From positions 1,936,391 through 2,000,390 of the forward strand of contig CAJINV010000004.1 in assembly GCA_905178155.1 (NCBI GenBank): 64,000 nucleotides of DNA. The letters run 5' to 3'. The notes under the pieces were generated by a model. The model saw nothing but the letters and a program-made list of their open reading frames with translations, did no database searches and was not told where the DNA came from. How positions within the stretch are numbered: the stretch's first letter is position 1; the number at the start of each line of letters is the position of its first letter. This DNA comes from Amoebophrya sp. A120. Taxonomy: Eukaryota; Protista; Dinoflagellata. Made by a program: the position numbers and the translations under genes. Of this stretch, positions 12,901-25,250 are shown in pieces.

Positions 12901-15900
12901 CGACCTGCCAATGCCCCGGCCACAAAAAGAGAGGGCAACGTCGAAAGCAAAGCCACGGAAGAACCAAACATCCCCTAGCCCTTTTTCGAGGCAAGCAGGA
13001 CGGAGCGAGCGGCGCTTTCGCGCTTCCATCCTCCCATCCAATTGTGCCAATACGGCACGGGCAGCACCCATGACAGGGAACTGCCCCACACAGGCAAGGA
13101 CGAAGTAAACGAGCACCAGCGCCACCCCATGACTATGTAGCCCCCGCGCAAGCACCAAATAGAAGCCCTGCCCAAGAGAACGGCGGCGCCCACCCCCACA
13201 GGCGATTATACATCGCCGGGCCGCGAAACTTTTTGCGCCCCGCCCTGTCCAAGAAAATCCCGGCCGCCTTACGTTAGAATTAACGACTCGCGGCTGCCAC
13301 CGCGGCAAAAGGCCCCAAAATCCCACGGGTCACTAGAGTCGGCATGCCAAGAACTTGGCTGCCGCGAAATCAGACCTCCACCACAAAGGAACTGCCCCAC
13401 ACACGGGCCCGCCTGCCGCACGCGCCCGGGCGCACGGAGCGGTCGAAAAGACAGCCGGGGTCCGCCCCAGATCCTGCAAACGCTGCGGCCATACGAAGCG
13501 CCCCGGACCCCACGTGCCTGTGCTTCTTAGCCCAGAAACTGCCATCTGCGCCCCATGCGCTTGGCGCGCACCCGAAGCGCAACTGCCGAACAAGGTCGCA
13601 GCTTCAACCGCGGGGCGCAAGGAAACCTCGCCGCGGCGGCAGGAGCGACGCCCGCGCGCGGCCCCCGAAGACAAGGGACCCAAGAAATCTGCCCCGCCCT
13701 GCCAGCCACGCTAATATAGAACCTCCCGAGCGATGTCCTCGATCCACTGCAGGCACTTTTCATGACTCGCAAAAGCCCCCCCCTCTTCGCCGGAAAACTT
13801 CTCCGAACGACTTCGAGGGACAAAAATCGCGCAAATTCGATGAGCTCGCGCGTGCTTTTTCGTTCGAATGGCAGCAGCGTGCGACAGCGGTCAGTAGTAC
13901 AAATACTTGAGCACTATTATCATAAATGTAGTCACTGTAGTTGTTTCTCTTCAGTGCTCCTGCGGCGCCATGGCGCGCCTGAACTTTTTGAGCTATTATG
14001 TCCCGTCTCTCGGGGAACCTCAGGTCTTCGCGAAACGGAGTGAGGCGGCAGCTAGTGCGCATTGATTTCTGAAAAGTCTTTGGCCTTCATTTTGGAAGAA
14101 TGAGCTATCGCACTCAGAAGCGACTTCTCGCTTTTGCTTTTGTTTCTGGATTTTCCACAAACCCGATTGATAACCGGTGGCGCGTCTTCTACAGCCAGAA
14201 GGTAGCACTGACCGGCTACCAATCCCGCGACTGAAAAGTTTCTTCTTTGAAACACAGGTGAGAAGTCACTGACTTCTCAGTTTTCCAAAATTATCACTCT
14301 TGAAAGAGGGGACGAGACTCCGACTCGAGACTGAGAATTTTCCAGAAGTGAGAAATCACTGATTTCTCACTTCTCACTCTTGAATCGGATTCCCAGAGAG
14401 ATAATTTTTGAAAAGTGACCAATCCGATTCCAGAGTGAAAATTTTTGAAAAGTGAGAAATCAGTGATTTCTCACTTTTCAAAAATTCTCTCTCCAGAGTG
14501 AGAATTTTTCAGAAGTGAGAAATCAGTGATTTCTCACTTTTCAAAAATTCTCCTGGGGCCCCGCCTCCAGATTGAGATTTTTTTAGGAGTGAGAAACCAC
14601 TGTCTTCTCACTTTTGAAAAATTCTCCCTCTGGGACTCCGACTCCACTAGAGTGAGATTTTTTTAAAAGTGAGAAATCACTGACTTCTCACTTTCTGCAA
14701 ATTCTCAATCTGGGACTGCGACGCCCGAGTGAGAATTTTTCAGAAGTGAGAAATCACTGATTTCTCACTTTTCGATTTAGGGTTGAGATTTTTTGAGACG
14801 TGAGAAATCAGTGATTTCTCACTTTTCGAAAAGGGGCCCCGACTCAAGAGTGGGAATTTTTTCGAAGTCAGAAGTCGCTGACTTCTCAGTTTGCGAAAAT
14901 TTTCACACTGAGACGCCAGGGTGAAAATTTTTCGAAGTGAGAAGTCACTTTAGGTGGTCGCGCCGTGCTTTGTTAATTTCTCGCTTGGTCTCGTGGTAAA
15001 AACTTGAGGAAAACTAGCGAGATCACTACCCTAGCAGGGGAACAAGGCGAAACGGGTGAAGTTTGCCAGGGCCACTCTCGTGGCCCTAGCAGGTGGCCCA
15101 CGCGCCCGCCCGCCGCTCGTTTGCCAAATTATCGCGCTTCGGTCCCTCGAAGGTCTCCGGGGAAGTTTTCCGGCTATCAATTCTATTAGAGGGGAGCGAT
15201 GTCCTCGATCCACTGCAGGTACTTTTGCTTGATCAGTTGTTCCCTCACATCGATGATCTCTTCCTGAAATTTCCGGTAAACCAAGTGCCGGCTGAAGGGG
15301 GCGGAGTTTGGCGTCGATGGTTTTGCTGTCGTGCTACTTATAATTTCCCCAGTACTTAGTTCCTGAGATGTAGTTGATCCACGCTGGTTAAAAATAACAG
15401 CTGCAGCAGCTTCGTTGACTTATCCTCTGCAAAACTGCCGTACTTCTTGTGCTGTTGTCTGAGTGACGGCTCTTGTTTGACATGTCTGGCAAGAACTCAG
15501 CATAGTAATTCTATGCACATTGCACTTTTGTTTCCTTCATACTTCATTCTGCGAAAACGTATATATTTGCGTTCAACTGTGCGAGAAGTACGACAGTTTT
15601 GCAGTGCATACGTCGACACCTGCTGCACCTATTCCGGCATGATGAAGGTCGTGATTTCCGAGCATCCGCAATTGCAGAGTGGTCCTTGTGGTGGTTCTCA
15701 TCACGTCCCGAATTTGGTTCCGAAACTCCTGCTTTGTGATGTTTTTCAGCCGGCGCAAAACAATGTAATACAGCGTTCGCTTCTGCCGCGGGTTGACCTG
15801 TGGCTGGCTGGCGCCGTGTACTAGGTGTGTTGGTGTACTAGAAGACTTATTTTTTCGTTGGTCTCTTGTTGATTTGCTTCCTCCTTGGCTCGCAACTTTC

Positions 15901-18900
15901 GACGAATCGCGACTGGGCAGCTGCGAGGGCACCGTCGTGGGAGCCGCGTGATGTCGGCTCTGCGACGTTTCTTGCACAGCAGGGAGGGAGTGTTGCAGCG
16001 GGTTCAACGTCATCTCCTGGTTCTGATTCTCAACAATGCGAGGATTTGCATTTGCGTGGTCTACGTCTCCTGTTGCCAGAGCGGGCCCGGGCTCTACTTT
16101 TTTTACAACTTTATCCACTTCGTCATGCAGTTGGTATTCTTCAAAAAGAGCATCCTCCTCTTCTCCATCCGAAGAACTACTGGTCGTTGATATCCTATGT
16201 AAAAACGTCCCAACCCCATCGTCGTCATGCAGGTTTGCGATTACAGGAAGATTTGCGATGCGCGTCTCCGTGAGAAGCGTTTCCAATCGCATTTTGGAAT
16301 TTGTAATGCTGTAAACAGGATAAGCAGATAAATTTGTGATACGGTTGTCCTCGCTAACATGAACTAAACTACGGATTGCAACTTGTCATGCGTGGCTCCC
16401 AAAGGTTTCTGGACTTGTGTTGCTAAGGTCCCAACTTGACTATGGGGTGTGGACGTTTTTACATATGATAGTTGGCAGCGAAATCCTATCGGCCTCGTCC
16501 TCCTCTAGCAAGTCGCTTTGTTCGCCCTCCTCTTGCTCGATCTTCTTGTTCTGGCTGATGTAGTGTATCGCTTCGCCATTTTTAAATTCTACCTGCTCGA
16601 CTTTGTCATGTTTAGTCCCGCCCACTCCCGACCCGGACTCCGCGTCGGAAAAGAACCGGCTAGCCGGGCTACTCCCGCTGTGGTAGCCGGAGGCAAGAAG
16701 AGCAGTCTCCGGGTAGTTGTTCTGTTCTTGGTCGGAAGTGGAATCCTGCCCGAAGCTTCCCTGATGCTGCACCACCACGGTGACGCGCTCTTCCTGTTCG
16801 TCCTCCATCACTTGCGGAGCAACCTGCTCGGCCGATGATCTTCCTTCGGTAGGTGTTAACGCGGACGAATTATTTATCATCTGGTCGCCCTGAGACGAAG
16901 ATGCGAAACCGCTCAAGCCTCCCGTAGCCCGCTGCTTCGCCGCCGAGGAGCCCAACATCAACGACGGCGGCACTTGCTTGCTCGCAGTTCCGCTCAACGA
17001 CCCGAGCATGTTCAACCCTGCTTGTCCGAACGAGGAACCTCCTCCGCCCACCCCAGCACTAGGACTCCCGGAACGGGATTTTTGTAGCAACACCCTGCTT
17101 AGCTGGGTTGTGGACATCGGCAGGCCGTGCTCCAAGTCGAATCGAAAGGATGCGCTGGACATGCCGAACTCTGTGGTCGCGCCCTCCGACGGGCTGCTCA
17201 CCGAAGCCGCGTGTCCGGAGATCATACTGATCTCCGAGTAGACTGCATCCTGAGTAAAAAACGTTGTTAGTGTAAATTTGTGATGCGCAACATGCAAAAT
17301 GATTGCGTCTGTCATGCTTGGCATGCATCGTAGGGTCCATTAAAGGGCGTTTTCGCGTACTATCTGCGCATGACAGGTTTTTGCTGTCATGCCAGACAAA
17401 TTTGTAACGCTGTTCCTCCAAAATAAAAGTTACACCTACAATGTTTTTTTCTTGGATAAACTGCATCCTGAGTAAAATGAACGGGGCCCACGCCAAAGAG
17501 TTACAGTTTTCATATTTCGTAATTAACGCTGCCCAATAGTACAGCAACATGTGTGATGATTTCTCATCCCCATGTTCTTTCAGCATTTGTAAATCTGCTG
17601 TAAGCAGGATGAGCAAATGGCTTTGCCATGTGGCTCCTGTCCGCTTGGTAACCTGTGCTACCGTGCTACAGATACACATACAACAAAGTTGTCATGCGTG
17701 ACTTCTCCCAATAAACCTTCTGGATTTGTGTAGTTGCCGAGCTCCCGACTTGTTGACAGAATTCTATGGGGTGGTGGCAACGAACGTCTTTACGCAGGAT
17801 AGACGGTGGGGAGGAGCTGAGGGGCGGGGATCATCTTATCAAATGCAAAAATGTCTGGGTCTGGGAGATTGCAAGATTTGTCTTGCATATTTTGCATGAT
17901 CCAGAATGCCTGTAATGCATGGCCTAACATCACAGATTTTTAGAGCGCTTCCTCATGCCTATTCCGCATGACAAATGCCATCTCCGCGGAGCACAAAGTC
18001 TGGCTACTCCTCTTACTGGTCATGCAATACAAAATTTTTTCGAATCCAGAGACAGCATCACAAGTTTAAATCTTCCAGACCCAGACACATTTGCATTTGA
18101 TACATCTGGTTGGACAGCAAGTACCCGTGCTGGCCGTTGTACGGTCCGTATCGGTATCCTGAGTAAAAACGTACCCACCCCATAGTTGTAATGCAAATCT
18201 GCATGCTGAAAATGTTTCTCATGCGGAGCCCCATGAGAAGCATTCTATAGTCGTGTTTTGCAATTTGTCATGCTTCAATCAGCATGATATGCTAGATCTG
18301 TGATGCTCCTGAGCTAGCTCAAACAGCACTACAATACGAGTCCAAATTTGTCATGCAAAACAGCCAAAACTTGTGGATTTGTCTAGCCGATTCCCCAACT
18401 TGACTATGGTGTGGGTACGTTTTTACTCAGGATATATTCTGGCTCAAGTTCGCGAACTGCTGCCGCTGCAGTTGCAGTCTGCGGTTGTTCGTCAGACGCT
18501 GGCGACTGATGGAGAACAGAAAGGTGTCGCGAGAAAAAACTGTCGCAGTCTCAGCTTGTGATGCGAAACTTCCTTGCGACTTTTTTTTGTCATGCCCGAC
18601 AACACACACAAGAAGAATAAAAGGGCACTTTGTATATAGGTCCGCATTTTCTCACTCTTGCATCTGACGCATCACAGATTTTGCGTGTCATGCTGAGGGA
18701 ATCTGTAATGGTGAAATTGCAAGGCTTTGACACTGAGACAGTTTTTCTATACGATAAAAGGGCTCGTACCTGTTCCAGTGAAAAGCCGCGATGGTGGAGG
18801 CTTCGGAAATTTCCGGCTCCACAAACGACCTGATCCAGTGCGCCTCAAAGCCGTTGTTCAACATCTGCAGGAGCGCAGTTTGGTCGTTTGGCCTACCGCC

Positions 18901-19974
18901 TCCGAGCAAAAACCCGCCGTAGGTTCGTAACAGGCCGAACCACTGCCGGACCGTCAGGGACGAGCTACAACCGGATTGCCTGTTCGACCCGCTGCCGGAC
19001 AGCGGATAAAGCGGGTTCTGATGTCCTCCTGGATGAAATAGATCATGATCGTTCAGCTGCGACGTACTACGGCTTTTCAGAAAGAACAAGCGCAGGCGGT
19101 CGGCGTTGGATCTCCATTCCAACCCTGGGTCGCTGGTATCCGATATGAACTCGCAGTTGAAAACGTGTTTGGCCAAAGACACGACGACGGCCTGATGTTC
19201 ATTATCATTTCCATTTCCTTCTGGCGCCGGGTTCGGGTTCGCATCTTCTAGTTTCTCATGCACAAAGGCACTCGCTGGAGTTGTACTTCTCCCGGCGGTG
19301 CCGCTACTCGTGTCCACCACAATCGGCTTTCCGCGCAACCGCCGCAATCTGCGTAGTACGAGCTGCGTTGATGGCGCTTGGAAGATGGGATCAATTATGT
19401 CACTTTTGCCCCCCTCGCCGCTGTAAACGAGTACGTTGCAGGTGCAGGCTGCGAACTGGAGGAGAAGCTCCTCTTGCGGAGGCAGGTGTACCACATCATG
19501 CCCTTTAGTGGTCTTGTTCTGGTCGCGGTCTGTTGTACTTTGTTCCATCACACAGTGCAGTTTGTCTGCAGCTTGTTCTACGCCTGTAGCTACTACATCC
19601 CGATTATAATTTTCACCAGCTGTGGTACAACCAGTTTGACGGAAGTAGGCCACGATAAAGCAGACGTTTTTGATGACCGAATATCGGACGATTACTTGGG
19701 CGGTCGCGTCGAGAGCGGCTCCCTGCACTGCTGTAGAAGACGCAGATAATCGACGTCCTACTACAGTGTGGTCCACCAACATCTCCGAAGCTGAACTACT
19801 AGCAGGCGTCGTCAGTGCGTCAAAAGCCTCCTGCGAAAAGACCGCAACCGGGCGGCATTCGAGGTGACTGCACTTTTCCTCAATGGTAGTCGGGAAAATC
19901 GCGCCCGCGGCGTCCACCACTGCCTCTGCTTCACAGAACAACATTTTAGTTCTTTTTTTTGAAGATATACTCAA
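9963..19974 (-). CDS. Large multi-exon hypothetical gene (possibly more than one gene)
   Basis: Long minus-strand ORFs 18688-19974, 16471-17245, 15573-16190 and 9963-10889 plus short exons between introners; frame continuity across 15223 to 12640 (EQLIKQKYLQWIEDIA-REECKLFAATLQQAMKR). No domain recognised; boundaries uncertain. Confidence 0.55.
11186..11409. mobile_element. Decayed family D-like introner
   Basis: tatccactgcaaaagttgtatcg ... cgatactacttttgcaaagatgcata; DR cgaaa/tgaaa. Confidence 0.65.
11447..11705. mobile_element. Introner family A (sister of 63598-63844)
   Basis: TIR present; DR ctagc. Confidence 0.92.
11789..12040. mobile_element. Introner family A (sister of 30403-30652)
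   Basis: TIR present; DR gtgca. Confidence 0.92.
12309..12468. mobile_element. Introner family D
   Basis: tatgcattgcaaaagtatcgtactcgta ... atacttttgcacagcata; DR tctct/tttct. Confidence 0.82.
12671..13721. mobile_element. GC-rich insertion flanked by a ~36-bp duplication of exon sequence
   Basis: cctcccgagcgatgtcctcgatccactgcagg(t/c)act at 12635-12670 and 13722-13757; composition differs from the flanks. Confidence 0.7.
13761..15193. mobile_element. Foldback/TIR-like insertion with internal palindrome array, flanked by a ~33-bp duplication
   Basis: Imperfect inverted repeats 13789-13837 (gccggaaaacttctccg..cttcgagggac) and 15127-15174; third copy of the exon segment at 15194-15226. Confidence 0.7.
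14258..14950. repeat. Tandem array of ~10 palindromic units (core AAGTGAGAAATCASTGATTTCTCACTT)
   Basis: Units extend to ~50-bp imperfect palindromes (gagaatttttcagaagtgagaaatcagtgatttctcacttttcaaaaattctc) separated by short, mostly GC-richer linkers. Confidence 0.92.
16191..16470. mobile_element. Introner family C
   Basis: TIR tatcctatgtaaaaacgtcc / ggacgtttttacatatgata; DR gttga/gttgg. Confidence 0.9.
17246..17458. mobile_element. Introner family G (related to 62915-63133), abutting the next element
   Basis: catcctgagtaaaaaacgttg ... caatgtttttttcttggata; shares tactatct..catgaca..tttt.ctgtcatgcca with 63057-63093. Confidence 0.7.
17464..17801. mobile_element. Decayed family C introner
   Basis: catcctgagtaaaa ... 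ctttacgcaggata; flanks aactg / gacgg. Confidence 0.7.
17837..18102. mobile_element. Introner family A (sister of 29984-30352)
   Basis: TIR present; DR catct. Confidence 0.92.
18155..18434. mobile_element. Introner family C
   Basis: TIR tatcctgagtaaaaacgtaccca / tgggtacgtttttactcaggata; DR imperfect. Confidence 0.88.
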
Positions 19975-20723
19975 ATGAGAGAAGGCAACTGTACTTGAAT
20001 ATGGTAGTGAATAGCGGTCGTGGCGAATACTTACGACGATACTAATGCGATCTTGTAATAGCTTGATACAACCACACGGGAGGCATCTAGTGTTTTACAA
20101 CAAACACAACAAAGGATAACCAGTAACAGAACTATTCTTCGACACTTGAACACAAATTCAAAATCAAAACTGTTCGATGCAAAAGAAGATGCTCAGTAAA
20201 ACGAGACGAGACGCGAGGCGCAGAACGGCGCAGAACTCGACGAATCGAAATATATTCCACCAAGCGACATCAACGACATCTTAACGAAAGTATTCGTCTT
20301 GCGATTTTCGAGAAAAAAACAACAGCTTTCATCTTGGTCCGTCTATAATCTCTCTGCACAACTCGATCTCGATAAGGTTCTTCTCGAGGGTAAAAACGAT
20401 AGCGTGATCATTCTTCATTTGGTCTATTTACTGCCTCGGTTCTCAATTGTAGTTGCCGCCGTGCTTTTACTCTTCGAGAACAAATCATACCGACGCGGAA
20501 AAACTTCTACTATCTCGTGCAGCTTCCAGCTGCATGAAAAGGTATGATTGTTTTTCGTATTCGTTCAACCGGCTTAAAACCGAATGCATTCAACCAAAAA
20601 ATGTATCCGATGGACTCGAGTTGCAAGCAAGAAATAAGGGGGAGACGACCTACTAGCGTTTGCTGCAGTTTGGATCTCGATCTGGTCTGCGTCTGCATCT
20701 GCATGTTCATGAACCATGTGAGA

Positions 20724-23580
20724 CTACAATATTGACGCGGGACTAGACCGATCGGAAAATCGAAGTCCGACAAACATCATCACAGTGCGACACAAAGCAG
20801 AAGAGGCACAACACAGCACAGAATCGGCACGACATGTGACCAGAATGACGTTGAGTGAAATCATGTTGGCGCAGGAGGTGAACAAAAATGCGTGGATCAT
20901 ACGGCAACCTTCCGAGTAAATTCTTCCAAAACAAGAACTTGATTGCAGTTTAATTGTTCCATGATTGCGATTGCGTGGTCCACCATGTTGGGCTCCTGTC
21001 CTAGTGGAAGAACAAACGTGCGTTGCGAAATTGTTGTTTCGATCAAAATTATTGTCGTGGTCTCCGATGAACATCAAACCACCACCGGTGTTAATATTTG
21101 CACCAGCTTTATTAATTTTCGCGGAATTTTTACCTGATGAACTTACCGCGGATTTTTCGTGGTCAAACCTGGAGACGTCCAGGTACACAAACGCCATCGG
21201 ATCGTCGTCGACCACGATTCGATTCGCGTACCACAACCACCCACCGGAGTCGATCCAGTCGAATATGACCTGCTCAAACGTTACAATCTCAAATCGGTTA
21301 CCATAGAGTCTGGAAATCTGTGATGCAAGAAGTGCATGATCTAGGCCAGTCTCATAGAACTGCGCATGACAGGTTCCGGAGTCCCAAACCGCACAACAAT
21401 CTGCCGAAATTTGTATTGCAGAAAGTGGAACGGTCTGCGAGTCTGTCATGCTCATTATGCAAGACAAATCCCAGGCTCTATTGTCACATTTGAGATTGTA
21501 ACGTTTGAGCAGGTCATATCGAAGCTGGAAAATTTCTCGCGCTGCCGCCGACCCCAAATCTTCACGAACTTCCCCACCATGGTCTGGTCTACTTCTTGTA
21601 GTTCATCGGAGGTCCTGTTTTTATCGAGCACCTCTGCGGAGGTTGGATTTAAAAATTCCTTTGTAGTTCCTGCCTTTTCAGGAGGAACAGGTCTTCCTCG
21701 CCCGTTTTCCTCCGGGTACTTCACGTCGAGCACCGCGAGATACTGGTCCCACTTGAATTTCCGAAGCTGTTCCTCCCGCTCGTGTTTGTTCAACCCGGAG
21801 CCCTGCAGCTCCATCACCTTATGAAAGTGCACAAGAAGTTCTCCCCCTGGTCTCATCTTTCATTCGGAATGATAGAGCACGAGCAGGAAGATGAACAACA
21901 GAAATAAACCCAGCGGGAAAGAATGCTAACGTAAGTAGGTACGCGTTTTTCCGCGCAGTAGACTACACGTGTACGTGTTCGTTCATGCATACTTGAGTGG
22001 TGAAGATGTCCTGTTAGCTCTAGAACAAGGATCTACGTTTCACAGCAGGAATTAATTGCGTATTTACGATGAGGACAGTGGGAGATCATTTGTGCACGAC
22101 TCTCGTACGCCCGAAACTCGATTGATTCGGCCATCCGCTCATCCAGCGCACATTGGCGCGGGTGGAAGTGAATGCACTTCGCGACCCCTGTCGTACTAGA
22201 GGGTCTTTCCTGAAGATCTTGTCCTGGGCCTTGACCTTCTTGTCCTCCCCGATTATAATTCTTACATGTGTCCAACACAAATTCCGTGTACTTGTTTCTC
22301 TCTTTCCAAAAAAGCACGAAACCGAACAGATCCGGCAGCTCCCGGGCTGGAACCAGCTTGCTCGCGATCTGGGGGCGAAGGAGGGCGAAGGGGTCGTGGG
22401 GCGGGCACATCACGAAAGGCTGTTGTACCATTTTTTGATGTGGGGGAAATAGACCACGGGGAGGCAGTTCCGATGATGGAGGTCGATCAACATCAAGCTG
22501 TCGTCGTATGCCAGCGACAAGCGGGGTATCGTTTATTTTCCCACCGGTAGCAGCCGCAGGCGTTGTTGTTCGTCCCCTCTCGTGGTCTCCTGTTTGGTTC
22601 TGGACGATCCTTCCTTGACACACCACTGCAGAACCAGCTCCCAAAAGGAATCGTGGCTCGTTGATCTTCAAGGCCGACACCGCGGTACCTCCTTTCATCG
22701 GCTCTTCGAAGGTAGGGTCGTCCTGTGCCACGATGGGAAATCGTGAAGATGCTGCTCTTGACGGCAATGGAGGCGGCACAGGAGCTGCAGGCGCTCCAAC
22801 ACAAGCCCGCCCTGGTGGTACAACACGACCAAAAGCCCTTGATGTCGCAGATTCCCTTTCGACGACCGTGGTGTGTTCTTGTGGACAACGAATTGGCATC
22901 CCTAGTTGAACCTGACGACTCTCCTGGCCGACGTGCGGCAGCGCAACATCAGCAGGCTTCACTCTACAACTGCTGCTGCTGCTGCTGCTACTCCCGCCGA
23001 CAAGAAAATTCCCCTGCTGCAACCTGCAGTGCTGCGGATCCTGATGAGAGGTGGTGGCCCCCGGCCTATGCTCCAGGCACCGTTGCTCTCCGTTGGAGGA
23101 GACGGCCAGACCTTCTCTGCCCGCATGCAGGTCCTCGTGTTGCGCCACGGCAGTTTTATTTTCAGCCGGAGGTGTGTCGCCGCTAGACGGGGGAACAAAA
23201 AGGAGTCGTGGAGCTGCATCTTCTTGTTGCCACCGGTCGTCGACGTGCCCTACCCGACGATTGTCATACTCAAACATTCCACATCCGAGCTTCTGCACGC
23301 GCAGCAGAGATAGAGGTTGATGTGGCGGGCCGGAAAGTAAAGACTGGCCGGATACATTCTGGCTGTTGTCCTCGGGAAGGGCCCCTTGCTTCTGACTATC
23401 GTCCTGTGCTCCTCGCGAAGCAGTAAAGGCTCCACTTTTTCTTGCATCTTGCAAACCAGCCACTTCTTGTTGTGCGGATGTAATCTTTTCATTCTCGCCA
23501 TGCCAAACTTGGCGGAACCGGCCTCGCGAGGGCCAGGCAGGGGGGACAGCGGAAGGGCGGTAGGCGTGGTTGTGGTTCAT
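20724..23580 (-). CDS. Hypothetical protein(s): 515-aa ORF 22033-23580 and a spliced ORF from 21856 to ~20724
   Basis: Removing the family E element joins REKFSSF-DWIDSGGWLWYANRIVVDDDP in frame; whether the two ORFs form one gene is unresolved. Confidence 0.55.
21264..21518. mobile_element. Introner family E (opposite orientation to 7799-8072)
   Basis: Perfect TIR tatgacctgctcaaacgttacaatctcaaat; DR tcgaa. Confidence 0.93.
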
Positions 23581-25039
23581 TTTTCGTCGGTTCTGCCTGG
23601 CTCCTGCAATTCAGTTTTACATCTACTACTTGCATCGCGTAGGATCATCGATCTTGCATCATCAGCATTAGGAACAGCGGACGCAATGGAAAAAATAGGA
23701 ACAAAAGATTTTCGGGAACGGAAAGAAAAGATCACATGTTGAGCAACACCGGTAAAGTTCATCATGGTGCCTCACAGGATGGGGATCTACGTCAAAAACA
23801 AAATAGAATTACTGCTACGACAAAAACTGAATCCGATCGGAGGGCACCTACACTTCGGCTCCATGTATTCCATATTTCAAGCGTCGGTAAGTCGTTTTTG
23901 TTTCCAACAAGAAGAAGAGATCGATTTGCGTTTGGGAGACGAAACACCTACAAGAAACATCATTTCTTTCGCGGAACGTCACCGTCGACTAAACTGCCTC
24001 AACTGAACAGAAAACCCGATTCGCGGGCCATCACTTGCGCTCGCCGCAACCCTACGTACTAGTAGGTAGAAGATGACGATGTATGATCAACAACGAGCCA
24101 GGAGGTTTGAAACAATCCGTCGACTATGTAGTTTTGGCCATAGCTGTGCTTGGCATCTATCTTCTATCTTCGGTGCCAGTACTTGTTGGCATTTGAAAAG
24201 CAAAATATCACGGAAAAAATCGTCAACCCTTTCTGCTGTTGCCAACAGTTTGACTTCTTGCGTCCGTCGCCGAAGTATGCAACACCTCCCTCTGCGTCTG
24301 AATTAACTCGGAGGCAAGTTGCACAACCTCATCGAACAGCTTTACTCACCTGAAGGAGCCGCTGCACATCAGCCCTAAAGCTGCTAGCAGTGCTACGTCT
24401 GTCCGCGCGTGGTGGCGGGAAACGATTTCGTTCTGGTTGCCCGACTTGAGGATTGCGGCACGACGGGGGTACACGTGCAGTGCGGAGATTTCTCGTCAAG
24501 CAAATCATGCGCATAGATGCAGCACATCCAAGTGCGCAATGATGGGCGTCAACATCCACGTCGCGAACGCGAAGATTCGCAGCACTGACTTGCACGACAA
24601 CTTGCTCGGGCGGCCTACCGACTATCTAAAAACCGCGAGCCTGCTCACGAGGACCAGCTGTTGAACACCAGGTGCCTGTTGTTGAATCTTGGTACTTACT
24701 ACCGACGGGCAGCAAGAGCCAAAACGTGCTCGCGGCTCGTCTCGTGCCCCCTCTATCCCAACTTCTACCGCTGCCCGGCTACAGGTGAGCGGACTCCGGT
24801 TTCTGGGAAACCACTTGCACTCCTCCTTCCGAAGAACATCCACCCACACGACCACGTGCCGCACAGCAAGCTGCAACACGCCACATCGAGTACGTACTAG
24901 TCGCGCCGCGGCACACACCAGCACGCCATTTTTACCGCCACCTGTTCTCATCTCTAACACGACCTGGCGCCACCGTCGTGGTGGCTCTCGTAATCCTGGC
25001 GCGAGTCTTGCATCTTACCGTAGTTGTCGCCCGTGATCG

Positions 25040-25250
25040 GTCATCATTTTCCCTTAATGCCGTCCCCTCCACTTCTCCGCGCGTAGTTATTTTCCACCGC
25101 TCTTTTGCCAGAAGTACCTGCTCCTCGATAACTGCTTCGTCCTTCCAATAGACCACTTTGAAGCTGCTGTTGCTGGCTGTCCGCACCCCCTCAACCTTCT
25201 ACCGGCGGCAGCACCTGCTTCCCGTGAAAGTAGTACCAGAGAAACGCGAG
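25040..25250 (-). pseudogene. Diverged copy of the last exon and 3' UTR of the amino-acid permease, lacking the introner
   Basis: Aligns by eye to ~29780-29983 plus 30358-30361; encodes LAFLWYYFHGKQVLPPVEG*. Confidence 0.8.

Noticed and set aside
12710-13910. Protein-coding gene inside the GC-rich insert
   Set aside because: Overlapping ORFs in many frames reflect high GC; no RT, transposase or other domain recognised.
14258-14950. CRISPR array
   Set aside because: Repeats are degenerate and irregularly spaced, linkers are related to each other, no cas genes, eukaryotic context.
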